Shown one piece after another: positions 47,327-55,236 of a DNA stretch of 59,621 bases. The position numbers and the translations under genes are program-made. The notes below the pieces were generated by a model. That model did no database searches. It was given only the letters and a program-made list of their open reading frames with translations, and had not been told where the DNA came from. The stretch is from an uncultured Clostridia bacterium (GTDB lineage: Bacteria > Bacillota > Clostridia > Oscillospirales > CAG-272): assembly GCA_947627475.1 (NCBI GenBank), contig CANQWE010000005.1, forward strand, positions 1 to 59,621, given 5' to 3'. Each line of letters starts with the position of its first letter. The stretch's first letter is position 1.

Positions 47327-48586
47327 TTAGCTACAGGTACACTCTCCATAGGAATTTAGGTACTCTGTTGCCCCGCATGCGTATACTCTGTACCTGCGAT
47401 GCGGATGCTCTGCATCAGGGTAAATTGCCACTTGGCTGCACGGTTCATAACCGCCCGTAAACTCTGTTGCGCCGCATGCGAACACTCTGGTTCTTGGGTG
47501 CGGATGGTTCCCGTCGTAGTAAAGCCCTACTTGGTTACACGGTTCTGTTTCTCCCGTGTAATGTCCCGTTGAGCAAATTTTACACGTGCCATAATATTTG
47601 TGGGAATGCGCCTTTTCGTAAAAAGTATTTGTATACGTAGCGGCGTATGTTCCCATCCCCCGCAAATCCCCGCAGGATGTACATTGCTCGTAATTCTGAT
47701 GGGGGTGCGCTCCTTCGTACCATACGAATTGGGAAGTATGCGTGTGCGAGCCTGAATACGACGGCGCGCCGGTCAGGTATGTGATGGGATTTTGGAGAAC
47801 TCCGTTTACCGTGACTTCTAAGTGAAGATGCGAGCCTGCGGATGGATTGGCAGGAGTTGGCGCAGGATATACGTTTCCTGTGTTTCCTACATATCCGATT
47901 ATTTGCCCCTGTGAAACCCATTGGTTTAATCCAACTGCAGGGGTGGACTTCATATGGGCATACAAAGTGGTATATCCGTTACCATGGTCGATTTTTACAT
48001 AGTTTCCCCACGAATTTACTCCCCCTGTTCCCAAAGACTCATTCCACGCAAGATAGCCAACAACCGTTCCGCTTGCCATCGCCCGAATTGGCGTTCCGTT
48101 TGGCTTATCAATATCAGTTCCACGATGGTTACCACCAAAATCCTGGGATATGTCTGAAGTCAAATTCATCCCATCTATTGGAAGTATATAGCCATATGTA
48201 TTTGCAGAAGCTGCCATTAAGCTGTTTGTATCGAATAGTCCGACAGACGGGGCATTTTGCAAAGGAATTTCCGCAAACGGTTCCAGAAGAGCATCAATGA
48301 CATATTCTCCAAATAATACATTATCATGGTAAATTTGGACAACCATACCTTCCTGCAATTCACCTTCCGCGATGGCTTCCCCATTATACATAATAACAGC
48401 GGTATCACCAACAAATGCAATATCGGAAAGCAGCGCTTCTATGCGGTTTCCTTCGTACACTCCCTCCAGCGCTTTGCTTTCTTCATCAAATTTATATAGC
48501 GTGTTATGTGGACATGACTGTGTCATCGTATCAATGGATTCGTCTGTATCACTTATTGGGGCTGTATATGCAGGGAAAATTATCAC
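47327..48586 (-). CDS. M23-family peptidase with a C-terminal His/Cys-rich repeat domain; the signal-peptide exon is out of frame upstream
   Basis: M23 core: HRGTDID...GNYVKIDHGNGYTTLYAHM...GNTGN...GSHLHLEV. The track ORF starts at GTG 48586, but an RBS plus ATG at 48630 in another frame encodes MKRKWKVLFK (see finding). Confidence 0.8.
   Translation of the reverse strand: MIIFPAYTAPISDTDESIDTMTQSCPHNTLYKFDEESKALEGVYEGNRIEALLSDIAFVGDTAVIMYNGEAIAEGELQEGMVVQIYHDNVLFGEYVIDALLEPFAEIPLQNAPSVGLFDTNSLMAASANTYGYILPIDGMNLTSDISQDFGGNHRGTDIDKPNGTPIRAMASGTVVGYLAWNESLGTGGVNSWGNYVKIDHGNGYTTLYAHMKSTPAVGLNQWVSQGQIIGYVGNTGNVYPAPTPANPSAGSHLHLEVTVNGVLQNPITYLTGAPSYSGSHTHTSQFVWYEGAHPHQNYEQCTSCGDLRGMGTYAATYTNTFYEKAHSHKYYGTCKICSTGHYTGETEPCNQVGLYYDGNHPHPRTRVFACGATEFTGGYEPCSQVAIYPDAEHPHRRYRVYACGATEYLNSYGECTCS
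47362..47559 (-). repeat. Tandem 99-bp coding repeat (2 units) within the M23 peptidase tail
   Basis: ACTCTGTTGCcCCGCATGCG at 47362 and ACTCTGTTGCgCCGCATGCG at 47461. Encoded units are PCNQVGLYYDGNHPHPRTRVFACGATEFTGGYE and PCSQVAIYPDAEHPHRRYRVYACGATEYLNSYG. Confidence 0.85.
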
Positions 48587-48662
48587 TGCTGCTATAATAA
48601 TTTAAAGAGAACTTTCCACTTCCTTTTCATTGTGAGCCTCCTTTTATTTCGTGAATCGTAAT

Positions 48663-49352
48663 TTAACACCAAATTCTAGCTTCTGAATCAGTCTCAATGG
48701 TTTCCGGATCATCATGATAAACAGTTATTTCAACATTATTGTACTTGAAGTTGAAATAGTACTTAAATGAAGTAACGATTTCATCTTTTCCCCAACGACA
48801 GTCTTGAATGCCTTCTATATTTTTAATATCAGAAACATCAAGAGGAAAAGCTGCATTAGAAAACAAATCTTTTGCTTTGATCTTGTTAATAGTTCTGCAC
48901 GCTATATCAGACTTTGGCAACTGTACTTCTTCAGCAATAATATTATGATTTTCATCTCTTGGAACAGGGTAGCCTTCTCTTTCTCCAAGCTCCCGTCCGT
49001 AATCTAACTCACTAAACCCCCAAATGTATGCACCATATCCATTTTCAAAGAAGTATCCAATACCACCTTCCACACCAATAAGTTCTGTAACTTTTCTCTC
49101 CCCTCGTTTTTCCACAAGCTGGGGATAAGTTAGCCCTATGTCAGAAAACAAATCTTCGTTGAGCGTAAGGGCAGCTGCAGACTCTGTAGTTTCCTCCGTG
49201 GTCTCTTCTGTGGTTATATTTTCCGTTGTCTGCGCTTCCGTTGTCTGTGCTGTAGATTCGTCCGGCGTTTTACTCGGCCCGTCATTTGCGCATGCCGTGA
49301 GAGATACAAGCATGATACATGCGAGGATTGCACTGATCCGTCTTGTTTTCAT
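48663..49352 (-). CDS. Hypothetical lipoprotein
   Basis: ATG 49352 follows AAGGAG. MKTRRISAILACIMLVSLTAC lipobox, then a T/E-rich linker. I recognised no family. AT-rich. Confidence 0.7.
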   Translation of the reverse strand: MKTRRISAILACIMLVSLTACANDGPSKTPDESTAQTTEAQTTENITTEETTEETTESAAALTLNEDLFSDIGLTYPQLVEKRGERKVTELIGVEGGIGYFFENGYGAYIWGFSELDYGRELGEREGYPVPRDENHNIIAEEVQLPKSDIACRTINKIKAKDLFSNAAFPLDVSDIKNIEGIQDCRWGKDEIVTSFKYYFNFKYNNVEITVYHDDPETIETDSEARIWC

Positions 49353-49392
49353 AGAAATACTCCTTATTTTGAATATGCTGACTATGCTGAAT

Positions 49393-49426
49393 AAAAAAGG
49401 CCGCAAAACAAGTGTTGTTTTGCGGC
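49393..49426 (-). terminator. Rho-independent terminator immediately after the 24-aa ORF
   Basis: The minus strand reads GCCGCAAAACAAcacTTGTTTTGCGGCC followed by TTTTTTAT. Confidence 0.8.
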
Positions 49427-49427
49427 T

Positions 49428-49502
49428 TTATATTGGTGAGATCATATGAAAAAATGATAAAGACAAAAATGCGGAATTACGATATGCGTAATAGGGCATC
49501 AT
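49428..49502 (-). CDS. Candidate small ORF, 24 aa (MMPYYAYRNSAFLSLSFFHMISPI)
   Basis: AAGGAGA RBS sits 7 nt before ATGATG. A consensus promoter lies 45 nt upstream and a terminator abuts the stop. The 76-aa track ORF 49428..49658 would contain its own promoter, so I prefer the short form. Confidence 0.4.
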   Translation of the reverse strand: MMPYYAYRNSAFLSLSFFHMISPI

Positions 49503-49547
49503 TGAACTGTCTCCTTTATTGATAGTCTTCTGTCTCCTTCTATCTTC

Positions 49548-49576
49548 ATTATATTGGATCATTTTTTCATTGTCAA
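49548..49576 (-). promoter_or_regulatory. Perfect-consensus sigma-A promoter (TTGACA-17-TATAAT)
   Basis: The minus strand reads TTGACAatgaaaaaatgatccaaTATAAT. Confidence 0.7.
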
Positions 49577-49788
49577 TAGAAAACAATATATTTCGATCCC
49601 GATTCGAAACAAAATGAGGCGGCGCCTTATTAAAAAGCAAACGCTGTCCTCGTGCCATATTTGCAGTATTATGTTTGCATACAGGTTTATTATGAAAAAT
49701 CCCGCTTCACTATTGTATAGAACCAAAAAATGTGATAAAATGACAATATATCACTGGATTATTTTATACATAGAGGTATCATGCATAT

Positions 49789-51315
49789 ATGTTAACCACT
49801 TCTCACTCTGCCAGTCTTCACGGGATCGACGGTTACATCGTCACCGTGGAGTGCAACGCCAGCCAGGATATTCCCGTTTTTGACATTGTGGGTCTGCCGG
49901 ACGCCGCTGTAAAGGAAGCCAAGCAGCGGGTGCGTGCCGCTATGACCAACAGCGACATCGACTTTCCCGAGTTGTCCATTATCGTGAACCTTGCTCCGGC
50001 AGATGTAAAAAAAGAAGGATGCGCATTTGACTTGGCTATATTTGTTGCCATCCTGCAGGCTGCAGGTACCATTCCCCAGCAGTGCGACCTTACAGGCCGG
50101 TGTTTTATCGGAGAGCTTTCCTTCTCCGGCGCCCTGCGAAGCGTGCCTGGTATTCTCTCTATGGTGATTGCCGCAAAGGAAGCGGGATATACAGAAGTAT
50201 ATGTGCCGAAGGCCTGTGGGCCCGAGGCTGCGGCAATAGAAGGAATCTGCATATACGCCGTAGAAGATGCGACGCAGATTGTGCGTCACCTTCAGGGGGT
50301 GGAGTCTCTCTCCCCCTTCATCGGCGCCAAATATGATCTGGAAAATTACAGTCTCACCGACTGTAATTTTTCCGATGTGAAAGGGCAGGAGCGAGCCAAA
50401 CGAGCCTTGGAGATCGCTGCAGCCGGCGGTCACAATGTACTGATGATCGGCCCTCCCGGCGCAGGAAAATCTATGCTGGCACGGCGTCTGCCTACCATTT
50501 TGCCGCCTATGTGTCTGGATGACGCAGTGGAAACCACCAAAATTCATTCTGTATCCGGCATTTTGAAGGAAGGCACCTCGCTGGTATGTCAGCGTCCCTT
50601 CCGCAGCCCCCACCACACCATGAGCATCGCCTCCCTTGTGGGCGGCGGCGCACGGCCAAAGCCGGGAGAAGTGTCTGCTGCCCATAATGGCGTCCTTTTT
50701 TTGGACGAGCTGCCCGAGTTTCCCAAAAACGTCATCGAAGGACTGCGTCAGCCCTTGGAGGACGGAGAAGTTACCATTACCCGGGCCGCAGGCAGAATCA
50801 CCTATCCCAGCCGGTTTATGCTGGTCTGCGCCATGAACCCCTGCAAATGCGGATATTTCGGTTCGCCGAAACGGAAGTGCACCTGCCGCAGGGAGGATAT
50901 CCAACGCTATCTTGCAAAAATCAGCGGTCCCTTGCTGGACCGGATCGACATTCAAATTGAAATTCCCGCGCTGGAATACAGCGAAATTTCCAATCCTGCC
51001 CCTGCAGAGGATTCCACTGTCATCCGCGAGCGGGTAATCGCCGCAAGAGAATTTGCCGGGCATCGGTTTGCCGGCGCCGTTTCCTGCAACGCAAACATGA
51101 CCGCCCAGCAGGTTCGAGAATTCTGTACGGTGGACGCAGCGGGAGACGCGATCATGAAAAACGCCTTTGAAAAATTCGGGATGTCTGCCAGAGGCCACGA
51201 CCGGGTTTTAAAGGTTGCACGGACAATTGCAGATCTGGATCACAGTGAGACGATCCGGGCAGCACATATTGCAGAAGCAGTACAGCTGCGCAGCCTGGAC
51301 CGCAAATACTGGTAA
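49789..51315 (+). CDS. comM: YifB/ComM-family Mg-chelatase-like AAA+ ATPase
   Basis: 508 aa. N-terminal Lon-like domain (GIDGYIVTVECN...GLPDAAVKEAKQRV), Walker A GPPGAGKSM, LFLDELPEF. Confidence 0.9.
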   Translation: MLTTSHSASLHGIDGYIVTVECNASQDIPVFDIVGLPDAAVKEAKQRVRAAMTNSDIDFPELSIIVNLAPADVKKEGCAFDLAIFVAILQAAGTIPQQCDLTGRCFIGELSFSGALRSVPGILSMVIAAKEAGYTEVYVPKACGPEAAAIEGICIYAVEDATQIVRHLQGVESLSPFIGAKYDLENYSLTDCNFSDVKGQERAKRALEIAAAGGHNVLMIGPPGAGKSMLARRLPTILPPMCLDDAVETTKIHSVSGILKEGTSLVCQRPFRSPHHTMSIASLVGGGARPKPGEVSAAHNGVLFLDELPEFPKNVIEGLRQPLEDGEVTITRAAGRITYPSRFMLVCAMNPCKCGYFGSPKRKCTCRREDIQRYLAKISGPLLDRIDIQIEIPALEYSEISNPAPAEDSTVIRERVIAAREFAGHRFAGAVSCNANMTAQQVREFCTVDAAGDAIMKNAFEKFGMSARGHDRVLKVARTIADLDHSETIRAAHIAEAVQLRSLDRKYW

Positions 51316-51327
51316 GGGAGATACGCC

Positions 51328-51759
51328 ATGCTGGATTTCAACCGATATTTTCTGCCGGACAGAAAAATCTTTTTAGACAATGTACAGTATGAGACGTTGC
51401 AGCTTCCCGATCCCGGCGGAGGAAGAAAACTCAACTGCAAGGATACGATTTTGGCGCAGCGGAGCGACAAATGGGTGAAAATCAATTTCAATCGCACGCT
51501 GACCTTTACGCCGGAAGGGGTATTTCGCCTGTCCGTCACTTTTGGGGCTTTGCTGCCGTTTAATCTGAGGACAAAAGACGAAATTGACTGGAAAGAGGTG
51601 GACCTGGCAGGGGCCTTCCGGGAGCACTGCAAGCCTCTGCTGACCACCCTTATGTCCCGCACATCCCTTTTGATCGCCCAGATCACCTCTTCCGCGGGGC
51701 AAACCCCTCTGGTGACGCCTGCCGCTCCGATAAACGAACCCATTACAGGGAAATCCTGA
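51328..51759 (+). CDS. Hypothetical protein, no family recognised
   Basis: 143 aa ORF starting 12 nt after the comM stop. Codon usage is similar to its neighbours and there is no TM segment. Confidence 0.5.
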   Translation: MLDFNRYFLPDRKIFLDNVQYETLQLPDPGGGRKLNCKDTILAQRSDKWVKINFNRTLTFTPEGVFRLSVTFGALLPFNLRTKDEIDWKEVDLAGAFREHCKPLLTTLMSRTSLLIAQITSSAGQTPLVTPAAPINEPITGKS

Positions 51760-51776
51760 GGAAAGGACATGTTGTT

Positions 51777-52352
51777 TTGAAAAAGCCTGTACTAAAAATT
51801 CAATATGATTCCCCTGTGATCCTAACCTTTGCCCTGCTGGGTCTTTTGGCCCTGCTTCTGAACGGATGGACAGACGGGTGGACAAACGCCCATCTTTTCA
51901 GTGTATACCGGTCTTCCCTGACAGATCCCCTGACCTATGTACGGATGCTATGCCATGTGCTGGGCCATGCGGACTGGTCCCATTTTTTTGGGAATATCTG
52001 TTTGATCCTGGTGCTGGGGCCGGTGGTGGAAAGCCGGTACGGCAGTTGGAATCTGCTTATTTCCATTTTGATCACCGCGCTGGTATCCGGGCTGGTTTAC
52101 TTTGTATTTTTTCCCGGCAATGCCCTGCTTGGCGCATCCGGCATTGTATTTCTGCTGATTTTTCTTTCCTCTATATCAGGGATTCGGGGAGGGAATATTC
52201 CCGTATCCTTGATTCTGGTGGCACTGATCTATCTGGGCGGGGAAATCTACGATATGATTTTCGTGGCGGACAGCGTATCGCAGCTGACACATATCATCGG
52301 TGGGATCTGCGGGATTGTGTGCGGTACCGCTATGGCACGGGGCAAGCGATAA
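51777..52352 (+). CDS. Rhomboid-family intramembrane serine protease
   Basis: 191 aa. GASG catalytic motif (LLGASGIVFLL) and downstream His (LTHIIGGICG). TTG start after GAGGAAAGGA. Confidence 0.8.
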   Translation: MKKPVLKIQYDSPVILTFALLGLLALLLNGWTDGWTNAHLFSVYRSSLTDPLTYVRMLCHVLGHADWSHFFGNICLILVLGPVVESRYGSWNLLISILITALVSGLVYFVFFPGNALLGASGIVFLLIFLSSISGIRGGNIPVSLILVALIYLGGEIYDMIFVADSVSQLTHIIGGICGIVCGTAMARGKR

Positions 52353-52391
52353 AATATGCCTTTTATATACAAACACCGTTAGGAGAAAACC

Positions 52392-52759
52392 TTGAAAATA
52401 GAACAAAAACAAATAACAATGTATCTGTTGCCGTTATCCGCCATGATACGCCTCTGATCACAGATGTGCAATCAGCCCTGGATCTGGTTATGACGGTAAA
52501 ATAGCAAACAAATTGTACAAATATTGCGATCAATAAAGAAACGTTTGCTGACCCGTTTTTCACATTAAGCACCTGTTTGGCGGGGAAAATATTGCAAAAG
52601 TTTATCAATTACGGGATCTGGATTGCCATCTATGGAGATTTTTCCAGCTATACGAGCAAACCCCTAAAAGACTTCATTTATGAAAGCAACAACGGAAACG
52701 ATATATTCTTCCAGCCGGATCGCAATCAGGCGGTGGAGAAACTGACCACAGTAAATTAA
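52392..52759 (+). pseudogene. DUF4180-like gene disrupted by a 5' frameshift and an in-frame TAG
   Basis: AGGAG-6-TTG 52392 encodes MKIEQKQ..., then the frame shifts within an A-run to ...NNNVSVAVIRHDTPLITDVQSALDLVMTVK, then TAG at 52502..52504, then the same frame continues QTNCTNIAINKETFADPFFTLSTCLAGKILQKFINYGIWIAIYGDFSSYTSKPLKDFIYESNNGNDIFF. Confidence 0.6.
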
Positions 52760-52771
52760 ATAGCTTTAAGT

Positions 52772-52804
52772 AGAAAGGCCGATAACTGCAGTTTCGGCCT
52801 TTCT
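52772..52804. terminator. Hairpin between convergent DUF4180 and DUF421 genes
   Basis: AGAAAGGCCGAtaactgcagttTCGGCCTTTCT. No long T-run on either side. Confidence 0.5.
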
Positions 52805-52810
52805 CTATAA

Positions 52811-53503
52811 TCATCCGCTGGTCTTTTCGGCCGCATACGGGAATGCATGCAGTATTCCCTCACTTACCGCTCCGTAAAAAACCTCCTTCGGAGAGCCGAT
52901 ATCCATCGCATGCAGTTGCTTGTCCAGCCACTTTTCATCCAGTCCTTCCTCCCGCAGCCGGTTCCAGTCCACAACACCATCCATAATCACTGCCGTGTAT
53001 AGTGTAGCCTTTTCTACGTTGATCCCCATATCCTGCGGTGTCAGCGGCCGATGCTGGGACTTTGGCATTATGCTCAGCTTCCCGTTGGCCTCCAAAATAA
53101 CGCTTTCCACTTGAGACAGATCAAAATAACCGCTGCTTCTGCAGTGCATGACAAATTCATCCACATCCAGCCGTGCCTTTTTAAAGCTCTTTTTTATAAG
53201 CTTTCCATTCCGCAGAAGGATCAGCGGCCTGCCATTGATAATGCCTGCAGCACGCCTGGATTTGTTTGTAATCCAGGCAAGCAGAATACTGATTCCGCCG
53301 TACACGATCATGGCAATCAAAGGATCTAAAATTTCATGGGGCATGGCAGTAGCCAGTTCCGCACCGATAGAGCCAATAGTGATTCCGTTTACATAGTCGA
53401 ACAAGCTCATCTGCGACATTTGCCGACATCCGATGCATTTTGTTATAATAAACATTGCAGTAATCGATAAAATTGCCGCAAGTACTGTTTGTAAATAGTC
53501 CAT
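52811..53503 (-). CDS. DUF421/YetF-family membrane protein
   Basis: 230 aa. N-terminal TMs, SLFDYVNGITIGSIGAELA and a C-terminal soluble domain typical of YetF-like proteins. Confidence 0.8.
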   Translation of the reverse strand: MDYLQTVLAAILSITAMFIITKCIGCRQMSQMSLFDYVNGITIGSIGAELATAMPHEILDPLIAMIVYGGISILLAWITNKSRRAAGIINGRPLILLRNGKLIKKSFKKARLDVDEFVMHCRSSGYFDLSQVESVILEANGKLSIMPKSQHRPLTPQDMGINVEKATLYTAVIMDGVVDWNRLREEGLDEKWLDKQLHAMDIGSPKEVFYGAVSEGILHAFPYAAEKTSG

Positions 53504-53598
53504 TGTATGTTCCTCTCCCTTCCATATACGCTGACGCTACCCATATTGTTGCCCTATACAGATATTTTCATCCACATTATGTTTTTTCAAATAGGCAC

Positions 53599-53626
53599 TT
53601 GCAAAAATTCAAAAAATATGTATAAT
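53599..53626 (+). promoter_or_regulatory. Sigma-A promoter for nrdR (TTGCAA-16-TGTATAAT)
   Basis: TTGCAAaaattcaaaaaatatgTATAAT. Confidence 0.6.
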
Positions 53627-53682
53627 AGAACTATGAGGTTTCCATTTTTAACCAACTTTTTTTGGAAAGGCAGAAAAGAACT

Positions 53683-54129
53683 ATGAAATGTCCGTCCTGT
53701 GGTTGTGAGGATATCAAAGTGGTAGATTCCCGTCCGGTAGAGGAAAACAATTCCATTCGCCGAAGGAGAGAGTGTCTCCGGTGTCACGGCAGATTTACCA
53801 CATATGAAGTAATCGATGCATTTCAGCCGGTAGTTGTAAAAAAAGACGGGTCAAAGGAACTGTTTGACAAAAACAAGCTTTTAGCCGGGCTTTTAAAAGC
53901 CTGCCAAAAGCGTCCTGTGAATGCAGAAGCCGTGGCCAATGAAATTGAAATTGAAATACAAAATTCCCTGCGCCGAGAGGTCTCCTCTTCTGAAATCGGA
54001 GACATGGCAATGGAAAAGCTTCGAATGCTGGACGCAGTGGCATATGTGCGCTTCGCGTCTGTGCACCGGGAATTCAAGGACGTGGAAACATTTATGAAAG
54101 AACTGCAAACTTTAAAGAATGGAAAATAA
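53683..54129 (+). CDS. nrdR: Transcriptional repressor NrdR
   Basis: MKCPSCGCEDIKVVDSR...RRRECLRCHGRFTTYE zinc ribbon plus ATP-cone. Confidence 0.95.
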   Translation: MKCPSCGCEDIKVVDSRPVEENNSIRRRRECLRCHGRFTTYEVIDAFQPVVVKKDGSKELFDKNKLLAGLLKACQKRPVNAEAVANEIEIEIQNSLRREVSSSEIGDMAMEKLRMLDAVAYVRFASVHREFKDVETFMKELQTLKNGK

Positions 54130-54261
54130 ACTCCGCTTATAGAGACTTGCCGCACGGCTTCCCTAAGTCTCACCAGTGTCAAACTTAAAATAAAGTATCT
54201 GGAAAGTCGGGGTGTGTAAAAGCATATTACAACCTCTCTCACTCCTTTGGGATGTTGAACT

Positions 54262-54310
54262 AAAAAAACGAAGAGCCCCCTTTCTCACGAAAGAGGGCTC
54301 TTCGTTTTAG
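54262..54310. terminator. Bidirectional terminator hairpin
   Basis: AAAAAAACGAAGAGCCCCCTTTCtcacGAAAGAGGGCTCTTCGTTTT. Confidence 0.8.
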
Positions 54311-55065
54311 TCCTCGTACTGCACTGCCCCGCTGGAAAAGTCAATATAGTCCGCAGGATTAACAGCAGTGCCATTTATCTGCAGTTCAAAATGCAGATGG
54401 GGTTCCTGTGCAACCTCTGCAAGTGCGCTTTCCCCTGCTGCTGCAATAATATCCCCTGCCTGTACGCTTGTCCCTACGGCGATTCCGGCAGGAAGCTCCT
54501 CATTCAGATTGGCATATGTGCTTACCCCGCCTCCTGCATGGGCGATAGAGAGGCACTTGCCCATCATAGGATCCTCCCAAATCTCCTGAACCACACCGTC
54601 CGCCGCAGCACAAATGCTCTCCCCGGCGCCTACGCTGATATCCACACCCTTGTGGGTGCGGTAATCATTCATTGTGGGAGAAAATACCGGCACCTCCACG
54701 CTGTAATTCTGTACAACACTCCCGCCGGTGGGATTGACAAACGTGGGTAGCTGTTCCGTTGCTTCCCCGTCCACACGGACAGTCGTATCTACGGAAGCGT
54801 CTTCCTTTGTCTCTCCATCCTTCTCGGCCAGTTCATCAGACCCGCTGTCCGTTTTGTCTTCCGGCTGGGCAAACGCATCGTCCGCGCTGTCCGGCTGGGT
54901 GGTTTCTTCCACACGGCCGGCTGGCTTGGTTGTTTCTGCCGCATCTGTATTCACATTGCGCACCACGGCGCCGGCGATCGCCACCACTACGGCGATCATC
55001 ATCAAAATGACAAGCAGTGTTACATACAGATTTGCTCTGGAATTTTCCTTGCTGTTATTGTTCAT
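54307..55065 (-). CDS. M23-family peptidase, N-terminally membrane anchored
   Basis: ATG 55065 (MNNNSKENSRANLYVTLLVILMMIAVVVAI). M23 core HKGVDIS...LSIAHAGGGVSTYANL...EPHLHFEL. The track start 55413 runs through the divergent promoter region. Confidence 0.85.
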   Translation of the reverse strand: MNNNSKENSRANLYVTLLVILMMIAVVVAIAGAVVRNVNTDAAETTKPAGRVEETTQPDSADDAFAQPEDKTDSGSDELAEKDGETKEDASVDTTVRVDGEATEQLPTFVNPTGGSVVQNYSVEVPVFSPTMNDYRTHKGVDISVGAGESICAAADGVVQEIWEDPMMGKCLSIAHAGGGVSTYANLNEELPAGIAVGTSVQAGDIIAAAGESALAEVAQEPHLHFELQINGTAVNPADYIDFSSGAVQYED

Positions 55066-55236
55066 TTTTCCTGCATCCTTTCGGTTATAGGTTTCGATGG
55101 TATTGTAGCCACCCCTGGGGATTTTATACAGGATTTTCTTCTTTTTCACAATTCCTTCATTTTTGTCTTTGGTTGACACCAAACTGCCTTTGTGATAAAA
55201 TAGTTGCACTACCCAAGAAAGGCTCGGATACAAAAA

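Noticed and set aside
48592-48604. Programmed -1 ribosomal frameshift at TTTAAATTATTA in the M23 peptidase signal-peptide region.
   Set aside because: In the incoming frame the codons are TTT AAA TTA TTA TAG, which do not form a canonical X XXY YYZ slippery heptamer. I saw no downstream stimulatory structure. A simple indel, real or from assembly, is the more economical reading.
49428-49658. 76-aa track ORF upstream of the lipoprotein gene.
   Set aside because: A perfect TTGACA-17-TATAAT promoter (49576..49548) lies inside it, and the only strong RBS precedes the internal ATGATG at 49502. I kept only the 24-aa C-terminal ORF, and only as a candidate.
51328-51759. A SecB-like chaperone assignment for the 143-aa protein after comM.
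   Set aside because: I noticed only a vague resemblance between its C-terminal segment (HCKPLLTTLMSRTSLLIAQITSSAGQTPLVTP) and the SecB C-terminus. It is far too weak to assert without a profile search.
52502-52504. The in-frame TAG in the DUF4180-like gene read as pyrrolysine or programmed read-through.
   Set aside because: No pyl genes or PYLIS-like context are visible in the window. The same gene also carries a frameshift, so pseudogenisation or sequence error is more likely.
54145-54225. Further degenerate copies of the mosaic repeat at 54145..54225 (CTTCCCTAAGTCT...GGGGTGTGTAAAAGC) and at about 41730..41790.
   Set aside because: Similarity is limited to two short motifs each. That is too weak to call as features without an alignment score, so they are mentioned only as leads.
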